The notes under the pieces were generated by a model, which was not told where the DNA came from, did no database searches, and saw only the letters and a list, made by a program, of their open reading frames with translations. Source: Minisyncoccia bacterium (GTDB lineage Bacteria; Patescibacteriota; Minisyncoccia; Phycocordibacterales; Phycocordibacteraceae). Taken from it: DNA of 64,000 nucleotides. Below, piece after piece: positions 45,651 through 53,670 of the stretch (position 1 is its first letter; each line of letters begins with the position of its first letter). Where the stretch lies: the NCBI GenBank assembly GCA_050011835.1, contig JBEKII010000001.1:86473-150472 (forward strand), in the 5' to 3' direction. A program made the position numbers and the translations under genes.

Positions 45651-46634
45651 TTAATACATAGTAGTGCGGACGCGATGGAACGGGCGGGCAACGGCAGCTT
45701 TCTGCTTCGCGTCGAGCCAAAGATAATCGTTGATATCGATGGCATTTAATACTTTTTCTTTCTTGAAAAGATATCGCCTCATGTACTCAACAGCCCAAAT
45801 GGTCGTTGCCCGAATCTCGACTTCGTACGGCGAACCTGGCAAAATTTGCTTTTCTGAATCGACCAACGCGGAGAGCTCTTCGCTATAATGAAGAATCATA
45901 ATTTCACGCAATAATTGTGGCAATCGGTAATCGGCGGCGGCAGTAAGGCTGGAAACATTCTTCAAATTTCCAAGCGGCGGCTTCAACATCCTGCTTATGT
46001 CACCAATGAAAATCTGGGCTTTCTTCATGAAATACACTTTCTTTCCTTTGTAAGTCGCCTCATCCCGAAAAGCCGGAAAGGTCACGTATATATCTCCAAG
46101 AAGTTTTGCGGCATCATGATTTGCAGTTTCAATCATGCGAGCCAAAGAACCATCAAAGTTTCTACATATGATTTCGCAATTCTCCCTTAAGATACGGCAA
46201 CGTTCCGAAAAGATTGGAATTTCGACATCTTTGTTTATTATCTTATTGAGTTCTTCATCCGATATTTTGGAAAGATATTGCAAATTCAAAATTGGCAACT
46301 TGTTCTCGTAGGCGGCATATAGCGCCACATCTAGTCCCCATGAAGTCATATATTTCTTTCCTTTGTATTCAAAGAAATAATCCGGTGGACCCCAGTACGA
46401 GAAACTCAACGAGGAAAATACGAAGATGAAATTCAACAGCTCCATCTGGGTAAAAGCTGAGATGTCAGCCGGCCCAGCCAGGAGCCAAGGCTTAAGCTCG
46501 GCAATTTGTAGATTGTCCACGTATCGCTCGAGTTCTTTCTGATCAATAGAAACATGCTGGGCATGCTCAACGACAAATTTCGTTGATTCCAAGACTGAAT
46601 CGGATGCAAATGACTGGTGGGTATCTTGAGGCAT
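45651..46634 (-). CDS. DUF2419/Qng1-like protein (putative queuosine-salvage queuosine-5'-phosphate N-glycosylase/hydrolase)
   Basis: 327 aa. Segments FVFSSLSFSYW..YKGKKY.TSWGL, ERCRIL.EN, LFEGKKVYF.KKAQI and AADYRLPQ..R..L.YS match, from memory, the conserved blocks of eukaryotic Qng1 (C9orf64) family proteins. This needs an HMM check. Confidence 0.5.
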   Translation of the reverse strand: MPQDTHQSFASDSVLESTKFVVEHAQHVSIDQKELERYVDNLQIAELKPWLLAGPADISAFTQMELLNFIFVFSSLSFSYWGPPDYFFEYKGKKYMTSWGLDVALYAAYENKLPILNLQYLSKISDEELNKIINKDVEIPIFSERCRILRENCEIICRNFDGSLARMIETANHDAAKLLGDIYVTFPAFRDEATYKGKKVYFMKKAQIFIGDISRMLKPPLGNLKNVSSLTAAADYRLPQLLREIMILHYSEELSALVDSEKQILPGSPYEVEIRATTIWAVEYMRRYLFKKEKVLNAIDINDYLWLDAKQKAAVARPFHRVRTTMY

Positions 46635-46731
46635 AATGTTAAAAGAATTATAGCAAGATAAATAAATTAAAATCCATGAACCAAAAGCCCACCCAAGACA
46701 TCTCTAGCGCGTTTGGGAGAAGAGAATCGAA

Positions 46732-46808
46732 CCTTTATTTTGGCTTATATAATTGGTTTTAAAAGTTTAAGAGGGAGAATTTGCCCCAAAGTACAATTTT
46801 TACCTACG
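46732..46808. repeat. S-element copy immediately 3' of tRNA-Ala(TGC)
   Basis: The same ~78-nt element as at 43287 and 44585. Similarity extends ~10 nt into the tRNA 3' end (GTCCACCA versus GCCCACCA of the X elements). Confidence 0.75.
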
Positions 46809-46884
46809 TGGTGGACCCAAGCGGACTCGGACCGCTGACCCCCACATTGCAAATGTGGTGCTCTACCAGCTGAGCTATGGGCCC
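46809..46884 (-). tRNA. tRNA-Ala (anticodon TGC), CCA encoded; atypical T-loop (C at position 55)
   Basis: Acceptor GGGCCCA/TGGGTCC with G3:U70; anticodon arm CCACA-TTTGCAA-TGTGG; T arm AGCGG-TCCGAGT-CCGCT. The unusual T loop lowers confidence slightly. Confidence 0.7.
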
Positions 46885-46957
46885 TAAAACAAATCCTCCG
46901 GATTTGTTCGGGCGGACATTCCGTTGCGAAATGTTTTAGCCCTTCCTCTTTATCTTA

Positions 46958-47401
46958 TCATTTTTGACCAATTACTTGAAGTTGGATTAAGGCCTTAAAA
47001 GCATGTTCTGTTGCTTCGATAAGCGGAAACTTGGAATAATCTGAAATTGATACCCATTTGTAATCGTCATGATCCGTGCCAAGCTTAACTTCTGAATTTA
47101 TTGGTTCACACACAAAAAACATGCCGATTATCTGAATCTGTTCGCCCCTTACAACAGGTCTCCATTCGTCAACAAAAAATGGCCCGCCAATTTTTACTTT
47201 CATTCCAACTTCTTCCTTAGTTTCCCTTTCAATTGCTTGAGTAATAGATTCTCCAATTTTCACCTTACCACCAGGAAAGTCATACTTACCGTGGTTTGTC
47301 CCTCCATCATACTTATCGGATTCCTTAATAATTAAAACTTTGCCGTCTTTGATAATGACGGCGCGAACGGCAATAAATTGTTTTTGAATTGTTGGTTCCA
47401 T
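46958..47401 (-). CDS. NUDIX hydrolase
   Basis: Nudix box GGKVKIGESITQAIERETKEEVG. The start is placed at MEPTIQK; the 311-aa ORF-track version is an unsupported upstream extension into ddl. Confidence 0.8.
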   Translation of the reverse strand: MEPTIQKQFIAVRAVIIKDGKVLIIKESDKYDGGTNHGKYDFPGGKVKIGESITQAIERETKEEVGMKVKIGGPFFVDEWRPVVRGEQIQIIGMFFVCEPINSEVKLGTDHDDYKWVSISDYSKFPLIEATEHAFKALIQLQVIGQK

Positions 47402-47405
47402 ATGT

Positions 47406-48368
47406 TTACCTCTCAAAGGCGAGATTGACCAGATGCGAGAGGAAATCGGGAAATGAAACACCGACGGCGACGAGAGATTTAGGCAAGAGTGATTCGGTTG
47501 TGAGTCCCGGCAAGGTGTTGGTTTCCAGATAATACACACCCTTCGGCGCGACAATAAAATCGCTGCGCGAATAATGACGCAAACCGAGCGCACGATGCAT
47601 CGCCTTCGCCGCCAGCCGGAGCTCCTCGGTCGCAACACGGGAGAAATTTCCGGGGCAAATCTCGCGCGTTCCGCCAGAATATTTCGCATCGTACGAGAAG
47701 AAATCGTCTTCGGGAGGAATGATTTCAATAGCTGGAAGCGCGTACAACGCCTCGCCTCGCAATCTCTCAACGACGCCGGCCGTCGCCTCTTTCCCGCGAA
47801 TATATTCTTCAACGAGGACGCGTGGCGCGCCGTCTGTAAAAAGTTGTTCAATAGCGGCGAGCACGGATGCATAGCCGCCCACGATTGAAACACCGACTGA
47901 AGAACCCCAGCCGATGGGCTTCACGACAACTGGCTGATGGAAATTGCGAATAATCTCGCGCGCGATGTCCTCGCTATTCGCAACATTTTCCACATAATAA
48001 AATTCCGGTGTGAGCAATCCCACTTCTTTTGCACGCATTTTCGCCATAAGTTTATGCATCGCGAGATACGAACCGAAAGAATCTGCGCCCGCATACGGAA
48101 CGCCGAATCGCTCAAGAAGTTTCTGCACTTCCCCGTCCTCGCCATATTCGCCATGAAGCCCAATGAGAACGACGTCAACCTGACGCAGGACGCGTTCTGG
48201 TGATATTGGCTTACCGCGGTCGTGCCACGCACCATCTTTATTGATATAGATATCGCGCGCAACAAATCGTTCTTCGGGAAGATTCGCGAGAATCGCGGCG
48301 CCGGACTTCAGCGAGATCTCATGTTCTCGCGATGGCCCGCCTCGCAAAACTCCGACGATGGTTTGCAT
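47406..48368 (-). CDS. ddl: D-alanine--D-alanine ligase
   Basis: ATP-grasp fold with HGEYGEDGEVQ, the C-terminal catalytic region YDAKYSGG...ETNTLPG, and an N-terminus VGVLRGGPSREHEISLKSGAA. Confidence 0.85.
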   Translation of the reverse strand: MQTIVGVLRGGPSREHEISLKSGAAILANLPEERFVARDIYINKDGAWHDRGKPISPERVLRQVDVVLIGLHGEYGEDGEVQKLLERFGVPYAGADSFGSYLAMHKLMAKMRAKEVGLLTPEFYYVENVANSEDIAREIIRNFHQPVVVKPIGWGSSVGVSIVGGYASVLAAIEQLFTDGAPRVLVEEYIRGKEATAGVVERLRGEALYALPAIEIIPPEDDFFSYDAKYSGGTREICPGNFSRVATEELRLAAKAMHRALGLRHYSRSDFIVAPKGVYYLETNTLPGLTTESLLPKSLVAVGVSFPDFLSHLVNLAFER

Positions 48369-48463
48369 GTCGATAAGTATAGCAAGGAAGAAGACCCTGG
48401 AGTAAGGGAAAAGTCACCCTTGCAGGTGACTTTTTATGAAATTCGTTAAGCTGATGATTGATG

Positions 48464-48883
48464 CTATTCTTCCCCGAATACGATTCTTCTTTCCCGAATC
48501 GCCGATTTGACACTGTCTGAGCCATGAACTGTGTTGAATGGCCCTCCAGCACTCTGGAAATCATGCCGAATCGTTCCGGGAGCAGCGGACCGCGGATCGG
48601 TTGCACCGTTTAACTTGCGAACAAGCGCAACGGCGGATTCACCCTGTAGGAGCAGAGCTAACGACGGTCCGCTCGTTATTGCTAGCACAAGTCCCGGAAA
48701 ATAAAATTTTCCCGCATGTTCCAGATAAAATTCTCTGGCGGCGCTCTTGGCGAATCGAAGAAACTTGCTTTTCACAATACTGAGGCCGGAAGATTCATAC
48801 TTCTTCTTTATCCCATCGATTACGTCCGCCCCCATTTCAATTGCATCTGGCTTGAGAAGAACTAAAGTTGTTTCAATCGACAT
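48464..48883 (-). CDS. ndk: nucleoside diphosphate kinase
   Basis: Start at MSIETTLVLLKPDA, with a GGAGGTG RBS upstream. NGATDP...GTIRHDF and the active-site His in NTVHGSDS. Confidence 0.85.
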   Translation of the reverse strand: MSIETTLVLLKPDAIEMGADVIDGIKKKYESSGLSIVKSKFLRFAKSAAREFYLEHAGKFYFPGLVLAITSGPSLALLLQGESAVALVRKLNGATDPRSAAPGTIRHDFQSAGGPFNTVHGSDSVKSAIRERRIVFGEE

Positions 48884-48948
48884 TTCGCACCTCCATGCAT
48901 GATTTACTATTTTATCCAAATACTTTTTACAGGATTATTGTCATAAAG

Positions 48949-50190
48949 TCAACTTATATGCCGTTGGCGTGCCCGGCGATGCCGCGCGAGTGAGAAGCGA
49001 TGCGCTTCGCTATTGGCGAGCACGGCATCCGCTTCGGTAATGCCGGCGCGGAGCGCGCCAATGACTTCGCGCGGGCGATGTCGCTCATCTTTTACTACGG
49101 CAACAACGGGAATCTGCACCCCCCTTTCAGTGAGTATCGTTTCGGCGGCCCTTTTTTGCACTTTTCCGCCATCCACAACAATCGCTTCCGGGAAAGACCA
49201 TTCCGGATGCGTGAGCCGCCGCCAAAGAATCTCTTTAAGTGATGCGACGTCATCATTTTTCACAACGCCGCGAATGCGAAAAGTGCGATATGCCGATTTG
49301 ACTGGCGTACCGCCATCAATAACGGTCATAACGCCAATTGCGTCGGAGCCCAAGAGATGCGCCACGTCATACGCTTCAATGCGTTTACCGATAATTTCCC
49401 TCCGCGACTCCTCAAGATTTTCATCTTTAACGAGTGAAATATCTTGAATATGGTCCAGAGCGAAAAGCTGCCGACGAATGTCAACTGCATCTTCAAAACG
49501 TTCTTCTTTCGCCGCGCGTTCCATATCTTGAGCAAGCGCTTTCCGAAGTGCTTTAGCTCGACCGCTAAGAAAGAGCATCACGCGACGTATCGTGCGGTGG
49601 TATTCCGCCACATTGAATGCGCGCGGATACTGTTTGATTTGCGTATTAAATTCTATTCGGGCGAGATGGTGCGAATCGTATTCCCCTACGGGCTTTGGCG
49701 TGTCAAAAAAAGGAAAAATGCGCTGGATAAGCCGCAGTCCCTCCTTTAATTGCGCTCCTGACGGAAATGGTCCATAAAACGATTTCAATTTTTGTCCGTT
49801 ACTCATCTGTTTCGTTTTAAAATCAATGTCTTTCCCGCGCACCATAAGCACGCGCGGTATCGTCTCATCTGTAATAACCGCATAGAGAAATGTCCTGTCG
49901 TCCTTCCCTTCGCTGTTCGCTTTCGGCCGATATTTCTTAATGAGCACCGCTTCGCGTACTAATGCTTCAAGCACGGTCGGGGTTGTTTCAAAGGAGAGCC
50001 GATCCGCTTTCGTCACCATATCTACAATGCGTGGGCCACGCGTTGCGATAAGCTCGTCGTCAAAATAAGAACGCATGCGGTCGCGCAGAGAAGTCGCCTT
50101 GCCGACATACAGAACGGTGCGTCCTTGTTTGAAAAGGTACACGCCCGGTACGTCCGGCAAATTATATTTTTGCAGGTCGCTTTTTTGCAT
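48949..50190 (-). CDS. uvrC: excinuclease ABC subunit C, short form lacking C-terminal (HhH)2 domain
   Basis: N-terminal GIY-YIG (GVYLFKQGRTVLYVGKATSLRDRMRSYF), a UVR domain (FEDAVDIRRQLFAL) and an RNase H-like endonuclease domain. The protein ends at 413 aa. Confidence 0.8.
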   Translation of the reverse strand: MQKSDLQKYNLPDVPGVYLFKQGRTVLYVGKATSLRDRMRSYFDDELIATRGPRIVDMVTKADRLSFETTPTVLEALVREAVLIKKYRPKANSEGKDDRTFLYAVITDETIPRVLMVRGKDIDFKTKQMSNGQKLKSFYGPFPSGAQLKEGLRLIQRIFPFFDTPKPVGEYDSHHLARIEFNTQIKQYPRAFNVAEYHRTIRRVMLFLSGRAKALRKALAQDMERAAKEERFEDAVDIRRQLFALDHIQDISLVKDENLEESRREIIGKRIEAYDVAHLLGSDAIGVMTVIDGGTPVKSAYRTFRIRGVVKNDDVASLKEILWRRLTHPEWSFPEAIVVDGGKVQKRAAETILTERGVQIPVVAVVKDERHRPREVIGALRAGITEADAVLANSEAHRFSLARHRRARQRHIS

Positions 50191-52822
50191 GGCGTTGAAG
50201 GACTTTCTTTAAATATTCGCCCGTGTGGGAACCCTCGGTGTCAGCGATATCCTCGGGCGTGCCCTTCGCGACAATTTTACCCCCTGCGGCTCCGCCTTCG
50301 GGACCAAAGTCAATGACATAATCGGCGTTCTTGATGACATCAAGATTATGCTCAATGACGACGACTGTGTTGCCGCGCCGGACGAGTTCTTGCAAAATTT
50401 CAATAAGCTTGCGCACGTCCTCGTAGTGGAGACCGACTGTCGGTTCATCAAGCAAGAAAATGGTTTTCATCGGCATGGAGCGATAAAGTTCGCTCGCTAT
50501 CTTCACCCGCTGCGCTTCCCCGCCTGACAATGTCGTTGCGCTCTGCCCGAGCGTGAGATATTCAAGCCCCGTTGAATTCAAACTTGTTAAACGGTCGGAA
50601 ATCGCCGGAATATCGCCAAAAAATCTCTCTGCTTCTTCAATGGTCATCTGAAGCACTTCGTAAATATTTTTCCCGCGATACGTTACCTCCAGCGTTTCTT
50701 TCATAAAGCGCTTGCCTTCGCACACGTCGCACGTGACGTACACCGTCGGAAGAAAATGCATTTCCACCGCGAGGGAACCGTTGCCTTGACAGGCCTCGCA
50801 ACGGCCGCCGGGCACATTGAAAGAAAAACGGCCCGGCTTCCATCCGCGCGTGCGCGCCGCCGCAGTCGCGGCGAAAAGGTCGCGAATGTGGGTGAAAGCA
50901 CCCGTGTACGTCGCGGGATTGGAGCGCGGCGTACGGCCGATGGGCGATTGGTCAATAAGAACGGCGCGTCCGAGATACTCCGTCCCGGTAAGCGATGCGA
51001 CATGTTCAAGTTTCGCCTCTCGGCGAGCGAAGCGAGCCGAGATGTTGCGATGCAAGATGTCGTAAAGAAATGTTGACTTCCCGCTTCCTGAAACGCCCGT
51101 AACGCATATTAATTTCCCCAAAGGCACATCTATATTTTGATTCACCAGATTATGCAAAGTCGCGCCGCGCACTTTCAGCCAGCCCTTCTCGCTTGTGCGC
51201 CGCGCTTCAGGTATGGGAATTTCTTTTTCATGCCGCACATACGCAAGTGTGAGCGAATTATTTTGATTTTCTTTTGCCGTTAAAAGGTCATCAAGCCAGC
51301 CGGAGACGACGACTTCGCCGCCGTGAATGCCAGCGCCGGGACCGATATCCACGAGATAATCAGAAGAATAGATGGTGTCCTCATCGTGTTCAACGACAAT
51401 AATGGTGTTGCCGAGCTCTTTCAATGTCAGCAATGTTTTAATGAGACGGTCGTTGTCGCGTTGATGCAGGCCAATAGTCGGCTCATCAAGCACATATAAA
51501 GCGCCCGTGAGCCCGCTGCCCAGCTGCGAGGCGAGACGGATACGTTGGCTCTCTCCGCCGGAAAGTGTCGCGGCGGAACGGTTAAGGGTAAGATAATCAA
51601 GACCGACATTAAGCATAAACGTGAGGCGGCTCTCAATTTCTTTCAAAATGGGCGCCGCAATATCAAATTTCATTTCCGATAACTCAATAGAGTCAACAAA
51701 ATCTTTCGCCTCTCGTATAGACATGCTCGTAAAGTCAACAATGTTCACTCCGAGCCCTTTGGATTTCGTACCTTTCAAATACACACGCAGCGCTTCGGGG
51801 CGCAGACGCTTCCCTTCGCAGACGGGACACGGCTCGTCAGAAAAAAATGATTCCGTGCCGAGACCGTGGCATGCCGGGCACGCGCCGTAGGGTGAATTGA
51901 ACGAAAAGAGGCGCGGCTCAACTTCAGGGAAAGACGCGCCATCGTCCGGACAAATAAATTTTGAAGAGAGAGTTTCCAGCGTGCCGTCGGCATGCCGAAT
52001 TTTCACCAAGCCGTTTGTTTCTTTCAACGCGAGTTCAAGAGCGTCCGAGAGCCGCTCCCGTCCGCCTCTGGCGGACGCAAATTCAGAAACAGAAATGGTG
52101 TCAACGACAGCGTCAATGTCATGGCGCTTATTGCGGTCAAGCACGATTTTCTCGCGCAGTGATTGTAATTTTCCATCAATAACAACCTGCTCATATCCCT
52201 TGCCGAGAAGGTCGTAAAGCAGTTGGTAATATTCTCCCTTTCTCCCGACGACCACCGGCGCATAAACAGTAACCGCGCTTTTGTCCCTGGTGACAATGCG
52301 CGAGAATACCATCTTGATCATTTCTTCTTTTGACAGCCGCACGATGGGCACGTCGTGATGGATGCAATAGGGTTGGCCTGCACGCGCGTACAACACGCGC
52401 AGATAATCGTAAATCTCGGTAACGGTCGCCACCGTGGAACGCGGATTATTGGAACGGCCTTTTTGGTCTATGGAAATGGCGGGAGAGAGGCCAACGATCT
52501 CGTCCACATCTGGCTTCGCCATTTGGTTCAAAAATTGTCGGGCGTACGCCGAGAGCGACTCTACGTAGCGCCGTTGCCCTTCAGCAAAAATGGTGTCAAA
52601 CGCGAGCGAGGACTTCCCACTTCCCGAGATGCCAGTGATAACCGTCATCGCGCCGCGCGGCATCTTCACATCAATATTTTTCAAATTATGAGTGCGCGCG
52701 CCGCGCACGATGAGCCAACTTGCCCCGAGCGCTTGGCGCTTTTCGGGGTCGCTTCCGTGTTTAAAATTGTGTTCCCTGCCCCGAGCATCCCCGAGGGGTT
52801 CCTTTTTCGTTTGTTTTGGCAT
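50162..52822 (-). CDS. uvrA: excinuclease ABC subunit A
   Basis: 886 aa with two ABC ATPase modules: Walker A GISGSGKSS and GVSGSGKST, and signatures LSGGESQR and LSGGEAQR. Zinc-finger cysteines are present, e.g. CPACHG, CPVCEG and CEACQG. Confidence 0.9.
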   Translation of the reverse strand: MPKQTKKEPLGDARGREHNFKHGSDPEKRQALGASWLIVRGARTHNLKNIDVKMPRGAMTVITGISGSGKSSLAFDTIFAEGQRRYVESLSAYARQFLNQMAKPDVDEIVGLSPAISIDQKGRSNNPRSTVATVTEIYDYLRVLYARAGQPYCIHHDVPIVRLSKEEMIKMVFSRIVTRDKSAVTVYAPVVVGRKGEYYQLLYDLLGKGYEQVVIDGKLQSLREKIVLDRNKRHDIDAVVDTISVSEFASARGGRERLSDALELALKETNGLVKIRHADGTLETLSSKFICPDDGASFPEVEPRLFSFNSPYGACPACHGLGTESFFSDEPCPVCEGKRLRPEALRVYLKGTKSKGLGVNIVDFTSMSIREAKDFVDSIELSEMKFDIAAPILKEIESRLTFMLNVGLDYLTLNRSAATLSGGESQRIRLASQLGSGLTGALYVLDEPTIGLHQRDNDRLIKTLLTLKELGNTIIVVEHDEDTIYSSDYLVDIGPGAGIHGGEVVVSGWLDDLLTAKENQNNSLTLAYVRHEKEIPIPEARRTSEKGWLKVRGATLHNLVNQNIDVPLGKLICVTGVSGSGKSTFLYDILHRNISARFARREAKLEHVASLTGTEYLGRAVLIDQSPIGRTPRSNPATYTGAFTHIRDLFAATAAARTRGWKPGRFSFNVPGGRCEACQGNGSLAVEMHFLPTVYVTCDVCEGKRFMKETLEVTYRGKNIYEVLQMTIEEAERFFGDIPAISDRLTSLNSTGLEYLTLGQSATTLSGGEAQRVKIASELYRSMPMKTIFLLDEPTVGLHYEDVRKLIEILQELVRRGNTVVVIEHNLDVIKNADYVIDFGPEGGAAGGKIVAKGTPEDIADTEGSHTGEYLKKVLQRHAKKRPAKI

Positions 52823-52974
52823 TTGTTTTTACATCAAAATTCCCGCCCATGACGGGGCAGGTACGATACGAGTATATCACATTACTCACAAAACAAAAAA
52901 GTTAAAGGGCATCGCCATTTCTGACGATACCCTGTTATTCTATTCCTTTCTTCAACTAGACACACCTGGAGGTG

Positions 52975-53573
52975 TTAACTCCACAACTTGCACTGCGCTC
53001 GGAAATGCTTAAAAAGATCGTCGTGTGATTTCCATCGCCCGTAGAACTCCATCTGCTCTTCCAATTTTGGCATACCACCAGCGAACGGAACAAAAAGACG
53101 CCCATCGGTGACTACCAAAAAGGACAGCACATCGTCCCAGCTCAGACCAACTTCTTCCATTTCTTCCTTGGTAATGTTCTGCATGCACAAGAGATCTCTA
53201 GCCAATGATTGAAAAAAATTTTCACCAACATCAATCGGGCCTGTGTGCATCAACGTCTGAGCGCCGTTTTTCCAAAACGTGAGTGTCGGATTGACCCACA
53301 GCACGACCCTATCGGTCATTTTCCGCTTTCCCTCCTCAACATCCTTACGGAACCTATTGTATGCAACAGAAAAATCACCTAACGTGCATACCGCTTCGAC
53401 ATCGGCAACCTCGTTGCGGCAGAACTGCGGGCCGATTGCTTTCACCCTTGCTAAGATTTGCAAACGCCTTCGGCGAGTGGAAGTCTCTATTAATTTCCGT
53501 GCAATATGCACGAGTGCTATAACAAGGAATGCAACACCGGCAATCGTTCCCCAGACGTACATTGTCGTTGACA
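52975..53573 (-). CDS. hypothetical membrane-anchored protein
   Basis: A GGAGG RBS sits 6 nt before the ATG (MSTTMYVWGTIAGVAFLVIAL). One TM helix. It lies between uvrB and uvrA. Confidence 0.5.
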
Positions 53574-53670
53574 TTTTCAACCTCCAATTATCCTATGATC
53601 CACCATCTCCGGACATCTTAAAATGCCGTGAAGGGTCATGGACTCCGTGCTAAATATACACCTATCTATT

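Noticed and set aside
46958-47893. 311-aa ORF spanning the NUDIX gene and the ddl 3' end
   Set aside because: Only the last 147 codons carry the Nudix box. The upstream part is out-of-frame overlap with ddl.
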